A program made the translations under genes and the position numbers. This document shows, one piece after another, positions 25,945-38,249 of a stretch of 64,000 nt of DNA. Below the pieces are notes generated by a model. That model searched no databases. It saw nothing but the letters and a program-made list of their open reading frames with translations, and was not told the origin of the DNA. This DNA comes from Octopus vulgaris (Eukaryota). The stretch lies in contig OX597819.1 in NCBI GenBank assembly GCA_951406725.2, forward strand, positions 7,068,001-7,132,000, in the 5' to 3' direction. Positions within the stretch are counted from its first letter, which is position 1. Each line of letters opens with the position of its first letter.

Positions 25945-25950
<6 letters not shown>
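25272..25950. repeat. Direct repeat of about 210 bp (25272-25481, 25741-25950), Penelope pLTR-like
   Basis: Near-identical blocks; degenerate ctgaaga-gggg..cctc-aaaa between them. Confidence 0.75.
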
Positions 25951-25995
<45 letters not shown>

Positions 25996-26823
25996 TACAT
26001 TGTTGCATATTATTGTTTTCAAAAACTGGGAAGATCACAATTTAAAGTACTTAATAAAGAAAGAGTAAATAAATGGATATTGAAATGATAGTTCTTAATA
26101 TGTGTATGTGTAAGTTTGAATGTATACATTCATATAGTGAAAAATAAAGACAAACAGAAATGTAAATATTCTATCCTTGCGTGTATTTCACCATTACAGT
26201 TACTTGAAACTCAGCATTAGATGTTCCATGTGCTTTTAGATGCCTAATTGCAATGGATCATCAAGGGAACACTTTATTGCCTTATGTTACAGAGATCTAA
26301 TATATCATGCATATGTACGTATGTATGTAATAGAAAGAGGTTTCAAAGAAAAAAGACTTACGGTGTATAAATAGGGGAAAAGTAAACAGAAACAAAGAAA
26401 ATACACATTACGTATAAAAGTAATAGCTTTTCTTTGAAAATTAAAACAAAGATATATACATACAAATAAATGATTTAAGGTAGAATTAAGAAATATAAAA
26501 ATCATTATTATGAGTCATTATAGAAAGTCAAAGTTATACCGGTTTCGTCAGAGCTGATCACTGACTTTGAAAAAAAACGTAACGGTCGCGACTGGAACAC
26601 TTTTGATCGTATCTCAACCCAGTGAGAGTTTTCATGGAGTTAAACAACAAAATCATCAGCGAATACTTTCTCTTTAAACTACTTTTAACTCATCTTCGTA
26701 ATACACATTTTCAGGAACAAACGCTGATGATACACGGGTAAATACACATCTTCATTATACACACTAGACATGTATCTGCAATATGTGTGTAAGAGAGAAA
26801 GGGAGAGAGAGAGAGAGAGAGAG

Positions 26824-26891
<68 letters not shown>

Positions 26892-26893
<2 letters not shown>

Positions 26894-27092
26894 GCCAGCT
26901 GGCAGAACCGTTAGCACGCCGGGCGAAATGCGTAGCCGTATTTCGTCTGCCGTTGCGTTTTGAGTTCAAATTCCGCCGAGGTCAACTTTGCCTTTCATCC
27001 TTTCGGGGTCGATTAAATAAGTACCAGTTACGCACTGGGGTCTGTCCTTGTTTGTCCACTCTATGTTTAGCCCCTTGTGGGTAATAAATAAA

Positions 27093-27094
<2 letters not shown>
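26892..27094 (+). mobile_element. SINE family B within (TG)n
   Basis: Matches 4114-4346 with an internal deletion. Confidence 0.85.
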
Positions 27095-27137
<43 letters not shown>

Positions 27138-27696
27138 ACAGCGCCCGACCAAACATGTAAGAAATATTTCACTTCGAAAATTTTCTGAAGTAACCAAACC
27201 TAGTCATCCTCATGATTCAAAACTCTTTCTTGTTCTAATTCATGTGTTCCAAATAATAATAATAAACGGAGGCGGATTTCTTCATAAAATATAAGCAAAG
27301 AAAAAAGGTAGACAAACTGAAAGAAATAAGAACATTTTTGCAATAAATGTAATAAGTTATATAGTATAATACAAAATAATGCAGTATAATATAATATAAT
27401 ATAATGGCTAAAATTTCATTTTATATGATAATGTTTAAGCAAAATTTAAATAACCGAGTGAAGATTGGTTATGTGAGAAAAATTCTGTGAAAGATTGCAT
27501 AAAACAAGTTTGAATATATCAATAAATAAATAAATAAGTTATTGCTGTCTTATGAATCCAGTGGAAATTTATAACTATTTTAGAAATATATTAACGAAAG
27601 AGTAAAAGTTTTTGGGGTTTTTTTTTTGGAAACGGTGGTGTTTCATAACGATGTAAAAGATATGAAGCAATCCAAAATTTTATAATAGACTTATGG

Positions 27697-28081
27697 ATGG
27701 AAGCACTCCGTCGGTTACGACGACGAGGGTTCCGGTTGATCCGATCAACGGAACAGCCTGCTCGTGAAATTAACGTGTAAGTGGCTGAGCACTCCACAGA
27801 CACGTGTACCCTTAACGTAGTTCTCGGGGATATTCAGCGTGACACAGAGAGTGACAAGGCCGGCCCTTTGAAATACAGGTACAACAGAAACAGGAAGTAA
27901 GAGTGAGAGAAAGTTGTGGTGAAAGAGTACAGCAGGGATCACCACCATCCCCTGCCGGAGCCTCGTGGAGCTTTTAGGTGTTTTCGCTCAATAAACACTC
28001 ACAACGCCCGGTCTGGTAATCGAAACCGCGATCCTACGACCGCGAGTCCGCTGCCCTAACCACTGGGCCATTGCGCCTCCA
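27697..28081 (-). mobile_element. SINE family C
   Basis: 11-bp TSD aatagacttat; near-identical to the other copies. Confidence 0.9.
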
Positions 28082-30210
28082 CAATAGACTTATAGTGACA
28101 CGGACTATGAATGTTAGGCGGAAACAGAAATTTTTTGGAGAGTCGTCTTACGAGTTCAACACCTTATCAGCAGTAAAAACAGTATATATGTGTTCAATAA
28201 TGCACAAACATTGTCTTTAATTGTCTTTCAATACTTTCACTCTAACATTCAATCGTACCACCTCTCATTTCTCCCGTTCATCACGAAGCAACGAGTAAGT
28301 CTCCACGAGATTACACAACCTACTACAAATAACAACCAGATCTCCCTCACATCATCTTAAAAAATAGTGCATTGGTACTATATACAAATATTAAGAAGAA
28401 AGCTAGAGCTGTCATAATGAGAAACCAACTCATTAATTGTATACTAATATACGGCCAAGCTTCCTAAGTTTAAAGAATTTATCTGCTCGGTTTTGCCACC
28501 AAGAAAGCAACATACACTAACATAGACAATCTCTGATATTTTTTTCACTCGACATTTTTAATTTTTACTCAATCCTGTAAAAATCCCAGCAATTCACCGT
28601 CTTGGATTTGGACTTCATTTTATCAACCCTGGAACGATGAAAAACGAAATTTGACCTTAGCAGGATTTGAAATCAGAACATAAAGAATCAAAACAAATAC
28701 AGCAAGGCATTTTCTCCGATGTTCTAACGATTCTGCCACTTCAACACTTGCATTATACATCTACTCAATCAAAGCTAATCCGAGTTTATGAAATATATCA
28801 ACAAGATCTAAACTTGTATAGTGATGTCTTCTGTTCTTATGATGGCGAAAAACTCAGCTCATTCTTCGCAGGCGTGGCTGAACTTGAAAAGTTCGATTTG
28901 TAACTGCGTGACTCCGAGTTCGAGGAAAATGCATGGCACATGGAGAAAATGTCTTCTACCTTGACCTCAGTTTGACAACCACCTAGTGAGGGCACTGAAA
29001 CGGTGTGGAACCCTAAGATGTGTGTATGTGTGTGTGTGCGTGTAGGTGTGTGCGTGTTCGTGCGTATGTGCGTGCGCGTATCATCGTCGGTTTCTCGATC
29101 CTATAAATTATCTCGCTCCATTTGCTTTTATTTTGAGAATTTGAATTTGACGGGTACCATCCGCTTGATTGAGGGAACCGACTGCAACCTCCAAAATACA
29201 AACTCAGTCGCTTAACTACAAACTCAGCTGAGGGTAGTGCAGTACAGAAGCCAAAAGCAGGATTACTGGCAGCCTGTTCTATAGCCACAGTTGGCCAAGC
29301 TGTTCGGATCTTCCACCAGCAACGGGTTCAGCTGTAGCCCTTCGCTAGGACTTGTCTTATTTGATGGCCAACACGGTCACCTTATCAAAACCTCGTGCTT
29401 TTGATTGAGAACATTTTTGTCAATCAGCAGTGTCACCTGCTCATTTGTCTCCCTTAAATATACCCACAGATGTTGGTCCGCGGCTGTTTTATTTTGTTTG
29501 GCCTTCTTCATAGCTAAACTCCATCCTGAAAGCCACTTCACGAGAAGCCTTTCGTGAACGTACCTCTTCTCGGTCAACTCCGTTTCTACACAGAGAAATA
29601 GTTTGTATATGTGTATGTGCATGTGTGTATGTGTATTTCTGTATGCATATATGTGTGTGTATATGCGTATATGTGTGCATGCGTGTATGCGTGCACGTCT
29701 TTGTGTGTGTGTTTATATCATACACCATTCAGCGGCGGAAAGTGTATACAACGGCGAAATTCCGGTGCTATTCAGAGTTCATAGATTAGACGCTGCCTTG
29801 TCACTCTTGATGTCAGAAATACGATGAACCAATGATTGTCCCGACAAAATCTGGCAAATTAATGAATATGTACTTTGATACATTTCTCGTGAGTAAACCT
29901 TGCTTCTATTGAGCTAGTATTACTTTCAACGTTGAAAGCAGGATTTCTCAATATGATTTATAGAAACATAAAACTGCAGAGGGAGCTAATCTGCACCAAA
30001 CACCAACGATGCTTCACTTTTTTCTTTGTTGTCTAATATTGGGCTAACAAGTATCCACTGTTGTAAACATCGCTTCAGCTAGAACTGACCGAAACTCTAC
30101 AGTAACAGATACGTTGTTGTCGCCGTCACCAGTAAGAATACTATGGCAGCAGTTTGCGGTACTGTTGCATGTAGAAAATGTTCTTTGTCCTCGGGAAGAC
30201 ATGTATAACA

Positions 30211-30257
<47 letters not shown>

Positions 30258-31783
30258 CGGAATGGTCATAAGTTTAGCCAATAAAAACACACGCACTATA
30301 TATTTGGTGTTATTTTGCTTCAGTGATATTTATTTTTTACATTAATCTTAATCTTATTTCGGCCAAAGTTCTTTCGTCACACTCCTGTGACCGCATATAT
30401 ATATAACAATATAACAATATCTGTTTCAACACACGACTTCACATAAAAAATCTTGCACAACAAATATTTAAACGTATATATATATATAACCTGAAACAGT
30501 TGTTTCAAAAAGCAACGCAAATTGAGAGGAAGAAGAAATCGAATTTAGTGTGTTAACTTTCGAATCGATAACCGTATAAATACTGCCAGAAATGCATTTA
30601 ACTGTACTCTGTATGCAATGCAATTCTCGCGTTTATAACATACAGTATATTTACAGTGCGTTGCTTCTGAGTAGTAGTTGCTTTCATATGTAATGTGTAT
30701 GCACCTAACTTATGTTAATATCAAATATCATTAAGGTGCCATACGTAAATTATATAATGCTCTTATATTATATAACTCGCGGTATGAAATTGTCGTTTTA
30801 CTACGATATAAAACATCAAAGAGTTATTCTCTGAATGATAGCAAATCGGTTTGCAAAATAGTATATTAATCAGTAAAAATAAAATAGGAATATTTATACA
30901 ATATATTAGTAAAGAGAAACCAACTCACTAATCGTATACTAATACACGGGCAAGCTTCCTACGTTTAAAGAATTACGCGCATAATAAATGGAAAGCTGAT
31001 AAAAATGCAAATTAAATCATTTTTGATTATTATGTGACAAGCTGATTGGATGGTTGATATAATCGATGTCTTTCACTCACAGAGTCTTCATATTCTGGCA
31101 GACAATCAATTCTGAGTTGTTTGTTTTTTTTTTGTCTTGTGTCTGTTTTGTTTTTTGTGTTTTGTTGCTTTTTTTTCGTTTTTTTTTTTCATCCACTTGA
31201 GTCTTAACTATAGGGAAAGAAATTAACGAATAGTGGCAGAATATTACCTGTGAGACCTGATATTATGGCGTAATCGAAAATTCATTCTTCGTTTACATGA
31301 AGGTATTAATAAGTAATACATAACGAGTAGCTTTGAGGAAGAATTAAGCTCCCGAGGAGCCGAGTCTGCAGGCTAGTTCTGATTCCAAGCTGAATCCCTT
31401 TTCTTTAGCTAATTTCACTGGATAAGGCATGGAATCACTAATCCTCACTTCCCCTGCCTCTATGACGTAGAACTTTTACACAGACACAATACAAACCAAA
31501 ATTGGCCTTTTATACTGATACAGGTTAGTATATTTGCAAATAAGGATATTTTTGATTGACTTGCTTCTAACATATCACTGGTACACAATGGTAAAAGATT
31601 GATGGAAGGCAATGTAGAAATTGAACTCAAAACTTAGAGGGATAGTCATGTGCTCAGTTGTTTTGTCACGCTACACCCTTGATAATATCACGTGATATAG
31701 AAACCAGTATTCGTAATCATGTTAGAGTAATTAGTTAATAGAAGTAGTAGAGCAACGGATTATGTTAGTATCTAACTTCGTAC

Positions 31784-32199
31784 CTCTTTACTCTTTTACT
31801 CTTTTACTTGTTTCAGTCATTTGACTGCGGCCATGCTGGAGCACCGCCTTTAGTCGAGCAACTCGACCCCGGGACTTATTCTTTTTGTAAGCCCAGTACT
31901 TATTCTATCGGTCTCTTTTGCCGAACCGCTAAGTGACGGGGACGTAAACACACCAGCATCGGTTGTCAAGCAATGCTAGGGGGACAAACACAGACACACA
32001 AACACACACACATACATATATATATATACATATATACGACGGGCTTCTTTCAGTTTCCGTCTACCAAATCCACTCACAAGGCATTAGTCGGTCCGGGGCT
32101 ATAGTAGAAGACACTTGCCCAAGATGCCACGCAGTGGGACTGAACCCGGAACCATGTGGCTGGTTAGCAAGCTACTTACCACACAGCCACTCCTGCGCC
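31784..32199 (-). mobile_element. SINE family A
   Basis: Full-length reverse complement copy. Confidence 0.9.
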
Positions 32200-32276
32200 T
32201 CTTGGTTTTATGCTAAAATCTCACCGATGTTGATTAGTACTTCTTGTATTCCAGTCAGAGAAAAGACAAAACTCAG

Positions 32277-32417
32277 GAAGGAAAAAAGGAAGGGAGGAAG
32301 GAAGGAAGGAAGGAAGGTAGGAAGGTAGGAAGGAAGGAAGGAAGGAAGGAAGGAAGGAAGGAAGGAAGGAAGGAAGAAAGGAAGGAAGGAAGGAAGGAAG
32401 GAAGGAAGGAAAGAAGG
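32277..32417. repeat. (GGAA)n microsatellite
   Basis: Directly visible. Confidence 0.95.
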
Positions 32418-33289
32418 CAGCTATCCTCAGACTACCGTCTTGGCCCGAATGCTTACCGCAGAGTGGACTCCACTAAAGGCACCAAAAGGTTAATGTAGTA
32501 ATGTTAAACTAAATGACAAAAGTTAGCCTCTCAAGAACTGGAATGGTCCCCCGATGAATTTCCATACAGTTTCTGTCTAGCGAATTCCTTTCAGGTGGTA
32601 TTCATCAACCTGGTGCTATTGTAAGATGGCACTTACCCAAAGTACCATGCAAGGGAATCGAACGTAGAACTGTACCGTTGCAGTCATGCCTGCAACTATT
32701 TTATCCCTTTGAGGTCGACATATTATACATTAATTATATACAGTGGTTACTCAGTCATGACCTCTGACTTCGATAACTGACCTTTTAAGCATTATTGAAA
32801 GCTCATCAATTAAGTAATAGCAAACTAATGGATATTATAGTCATTGAGTTTAAACAAATAAATATATTACACACAAGAAACTGTTAAATGTTATTATATT
32901 ATCATATTAGCTACTGTTAATCTGCGCTTATAATATTAATATGTGCTTATAATCAGTATAAATTAAAACTGGTCTCTTACGTTGGCACAATGCACACATT
33001 TATAGATTCATATCTTTCCCAGCAATATTAATGAAAAATATGATTTCGATTGGAATTAATCAAGTGTTTGGACCAAGGCTGCAAACTCAGCTAAAACAAC
33101 AGCTTGGCTGTTACGTCTACAGTTCGGTACTATAATACTGTATTGTTTTAACTAGGATTGAATTATTTCAAATCTTTCACAAAAGCCTTATATTTGCGGG
33201 AAGATAAGGAGGGTAGTTTTAGTTCTTTAGTTGATATTGGCGTTAATTAAACAAATTTATTTGAAACAGGAAATGAAACCGCGTCGAGG

Positions 33290-34548
33290 AATCGGTTCGT
33301 AGAATGCTTTGATAAAGTCGATCATGGAATGATATGTCACAAATTGCGTGATCTTGGCATAGTTGGAAAATTGGGAGAATGTCTTCCTGACTTTCTGAAG
33401 GATAGAAGTCAGGTGGTAGTAGCCAATGGGGCCACCTCCATTAACACGCAAATAGTGAGCGGTTTTCCGCAGGGCACTGTTTTGGGACCACTACTGTTCA
33501 TAATGGCCCTGTCGGACATGCCCTCAGCCACGCAGAGAGCCACGATCACAAGTTACGCAGATGATACAAAAGTTTTACAGGTAATACAGAACCCTGAAGA
33601 CACTGTGCACCTGCAATGCGAGCTGGACAAAATATACAAGTGTGTTGAAAAGAATAGCATGCAGTTCAATGCTGAAAAGTTTCAAGCTTTATGCTATCAG
33701 CATGAAAAACTAAATGCAATACCCAATAAATACAATGGACCTGGAGGGATTGCAATCCCAGAGGCACAATCCGTGCGAGACCTGGGTATTTACATGAGTA
33801 ATGATGCAACCTTTCATATGCATGTTGCTAAATTGGCAATGAAATGTAGGCGGCTGACCGGATGGATTCTTAGAGCCTTTAGAACAAGAGACCAGGAAAC
33901 CATGATGGTCCTCTGGAGGACACTTGTCCTAAGCCACTTTGACTATTGCTCTCATCTATGGTTACCATCCAGTGTCAAATTAATCACAGAACTTGAGGCG
34001 ATCCAACGAAGCTACACGAAGAAGATAGCCTCTATGCAGCATATAAGCTATTGGGAAAGACTCAAGAGATTAAAACTCTATTCCTTAGAGCGTAGGCGAG
34101 AAAGATATGCCATAATATACATCTGGAAGATCCAAGAAGGACTTGTCCCAAACTTTGGCATCGAGAGTTACACAAATGCCAGAACTGAGCGCCACTGCAT
34201 AATGCCAAGGACTCCAAATTTGCCATCAAGATGTAGGACAAGATACTGTGATAGCCTGGGCTTCAGAGGTCCACAGCTCTTCAATATCCTCCCGAAGGAC
34301 CTGAGAGATCTGCATGGGGTTGATGCAGATGTTTTTAAAATAAAACTGGATCTCTTCCTGTCAGGTGTCCCAGATGAACCAACTTCACGGCAGGGGGTGC
34401 AGATGAGGGCAGCTGCATCGAACTCTCTCATGCACCAAATGGCAATTGCTATAAAGCATTCGTGAAGTAAAATCATGTAGCAACACTGAATGGCGGTGCC
34501 CCAGCATGGCCACAGCTCGTGAGCTGAAACTAGATAAAATATAAATAA
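33290..34548 (+). mobile_element. 5'-truncated CR1-group LINE with an open 378-aa RT/C-terminal ORF (33329-34465)
   Basis: GFPQGTVLGPLLF, YADDTK and YSLERRRER motifs; 3' stem-loop tail. Confidence 0.92.
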
Positions 34549-34665
34549 ATATAAATTAAATATAAATATATCATGTCCCATGTTCACTGTTTAATGTCTT
34601 ACTAAATTGTTTGTACGATATAAATGTTATGCGAGGAAGCTACGCAGCTGTTTGACTGTGTAACT

Positions 34666-35039
34666 CAGTGGTTCTCAACCATTTTTTGTCTATGGACCCC
34701 CTTGATTCCTATTTTACTTTAATGGACCCTAATAAATATTTGATGCTTAAAAATGTCCCGGATAAGGTGTCTGACTTCGAATCAGAAAATTGCGAGTTCG
34801 AGTCTGGTCGTGGTCGAATAATCTTTCAAGGCGGTGCTCCAGCATAGTCGCAGTCAAATGACTGAAACAAGGAAAACAATAAAAGAACCTCATATTTTTA
34901 TAATTAAATGGTTTTAGGAATTGTATAATAAAAATTGTTAAAATATTTTGTGCATAACCAATATATTGCGCATAAATTTTAACAGCAAAATTTTGTGAGG
35001 ACCCTCTAGGACAATGTGGACCTCGGTTGAGAAGCACTG
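34666..35039. mobile_element. hAT (Charlie-like) MITE containing a SINE A tail
   Basis: TIRs cagtggttctcaacc / ggttgagaagcactg; 8-bp TSD gtgtaact/gtgtagct; related partial copy near 59985. Confidence 0.8.
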
Positions 35040-35429
35040 GTGTAGCTGGTTCGTATGACACTCGTTGCGCACAGTCGTTTGAACTGCGAGAAATAGCAAG
35101 CAAATCTTTTTAAATCACGCAACAACGTATTAGAAAAGAATGATTTAACTATACTTTCTAAGACATCCTGCGATTAGAGATTTCCTAAACGACACATTAC
35201 AAAGAAATAGCTGCAACATTGCCTCACTAGCCTCACTAGCCTTTCTAATTCTGTGTTTGATAGCACACTACGACTAAGGTGAAGCAATAACTGATCGTAT
35301 CCACCTTGCTGCTTCTGCTGTAATCACCTGAGTTGCTGCTCGTCGTTCTGCAGAGCACCTGTGGGTCATATGGCTGCTCAGTGCCATGTGAACAGAGGCA
35401 AAAACAATAGTAATGATAATGCATTCTGC

Positions 35430-35639
35430 TATTGGCACAAGGTCTAAAATTTTGGGACAGGGGTTAAGTCGATTGCATCGACCGCAGTACTCAGCTGGTA
35501 CTTAATTAATTTATCGGCCCCTAAAAGGTCGAAAGGCAAAGTCGGCCTTGGTGGAATTTGAACTCAGAACGTAGCGACGGGCGAAATGCTGCTAAGCAAT
35601 TCATCCAGTGTGCTAACGATTCTGCCAGCTCGCCGCCTT

Positions 35640-35712
<73 letters not shown>

Positions 35713-36288
35713 GTGGTTTAAATTTTGGCACAAGGCCAGCATGTTTGGAAGAGAGGCTGAGTCGATTAAATCGACTCCAGTATTCAACTGGTATTTATAT
35801 TATCTACAAGTCGACTCCGGATGAATTTGAACTCAGAACGTAAGCACGGACGAAATGCTGCTAAGCATTTTGACCGGCGCGCTAACGATTCTTTTCTACT
35901 ATAGGCACAATGCCTGAATTTTTATGGGGAGAGAGACAATCGAACACATCGACCCCAGTATTCGACTGGTACTTATTTAATCGACCCCGGGAGGATGAAA
36001 GTCAAAGTCGACCTCGGCGGAATTTGAACTCAGAACGTAAAAACAAACGAAATACCTATTTTCTTTACTACCCACAAGGGGCTAAACACAGAGAGGACAA
36101 ACAAGGACATACAAACTGATTAAGTCGATTACATCGATCCCAGTGCGTAACTGGTACTTAATTTATCGACCCTGAATGGATGAAAGGCAAAGTCGACCTC
36201 GGCGGAATTTGAACTCAGAACGTAATGGCAGGCGAAATACGGCTACGCATTTCGCCCGGCGTGCTAACGTTTCTGCCAGCTCGCTGCC
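35430..36288 (-). mobile_element. Cluster of four same-orientation SINE family B copies
   Basis: Repeated gaatttgaactcagaacgta core at about 35555, 35823, 36020 and 36205. Confidence 0.85.
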
Positions 36289-36547
36289 ATAACAATGACA
36301 ATAGTAATAACAATAATAATAACGACAGCAATAATAAAAACAAAAAAAAAACAGCAACAGATTACTGCATCATTCGTTCTAAAAATCCATCGATAAATGA
36401 AATCAGTTGATTCCCTCGAATGTATCTAACAACAGATGATACTTCTATTGACCTCAGAGGAGAGGCAAATTACTGTAGTTGTGCAGTTCATTCCTTTCCA
36501 AAAGGCATTGGTGTCAGAAACAAAATTAAATAGCTATATATTTAATA

Positions 36548-36715
36548 GCAGGAGTGGCTGTGTGGTAAGTAGCTTGCTAACCAACCACATGGTTCTGGGT
36601 TCAGTCCCACTGCGTGGCATCTTGGGCAAGTGTCTTCTGCTATAGCCCCGGGCCGACCAATGCCTTGTGAGTGGATTTGGTAGACGGAAACTGAAAGAAG
36701 CCTGTCGTATATATG

Positions 36716-36765
<50 letters not shown>

Positions 36766-36957
36766 CCTAGCATTGCTTGACAACCGATGCTGGTGTGTTT
36801 ACGTCCCCGTCACTTAGCGGTTCGGCAAAAGAGACCGATAAAATAAGTACTGGGCTTACAAAGAATAAGTCCCGGGGTCGATTTGTTCGATTAAAGGCGG
36901 TGCTCCAGCATGGCCGCAGTCAAATGACTGAAACAAGTAAAAGATTAAAAGAGAGTA
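36548..36957 (+). mobile_element. SINE family A
   Basis: Full-length copy. Confidence 0.9.
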
Positions 36958-37509
36958 TACAGGAAACGAAACCGCGAAACATGCTTACATCATCTTTCCA
37001 TCTTCAATTGTAACTGGAAACGTATTGTCTGTCAATCTTTGCTGTACAACGTGAACACTCAATATTCTACTTGAAACCATTTAACAAAAACACCATCAGT
37101 AACAAAACCAAAAGCAACCGCTGCAAGTTATAATGTTTATCCTTAAAAAGAGGCAGGATTATGTTAACTCCGTGACTTTTGATATGTGCACAGAATCAAA
37201 GGAAATTAAAACATCATAGCGTAACAACAACCCAGGTTTTTTCAAAAGGGATTATCCTATTAGCTCAAAGACAAAGTTGTTCTTCAGTTTTTCTTTATTT
37301 ATATTTTTTTCGCTTTTCTTTTTTTTTCTTTTTCGATTCATATCTTCTCGAACATTATAAAAACGTCATTACTTCAAATACCGTGAAAGTCGTTAGATTA
37401 GGTAATGTGTAATGGCGGGGAAAAATAAAATATCATTTGACAGAATTCCGGAGGTAATGGCTTTTGCCTTAAGACTATTAAAAACCATATATATATATAT
37501 ATGTTTATA

Positions 37510-37560
<51 letters not shown>

Positions 37561-37747
37561 GCGCACACACACACACAAATACACGCGTGCGCGCGCATAC
37601 ACTAAAAAAGGGCAACGAAGTATTGATCTAGTCGATAAATAAGAGGGAGGGTATTCCAGATTTAGATAATGAACGATTGTATTAAATGGATCATGTTAAA
37701 ACACTTTAATAAGGACTTACAACTGCTGTAAGTTGGAAAACCTGAGC

Positions 37748-37876
<129 letters not shown>

Positions 37877-38149
37877 CTGACAGACCTTTGGGGGTTTGTC
37901 CACGAGGTGCAGTATTTGCTCCTCAGAGTAGAAGTAGCTACTACTACTACTTCTGCTGTTATTACTACTACTACTACTAATACTAATACTACTACTACTA
38001 CTATTTGCGTCGTAGCAGAAACGGTAGAACATCTGTCTCAATGCCAAAAAGTATTTAGTACCAGGCTACATAAATGCAATACTAGTTATGTACTGGACTT
38101 CGATTCACTCCTCCACATCACATTTATGTTTTTGTAACACCAACCATCG

Positions 38150-38208
<59 letters not shown>

Positions 38209-38249
38209 ATTGGATGGGCATCTGTTGGTCTCGAGAGACCATGGATCTG

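Noticed and set aside
33329-34465. Host gene encoding a reverse transcriptase
   Set aside because: 5'-truncated LINE lacking the endonuclease and the RT N-terminus, with an intact LINE tail.
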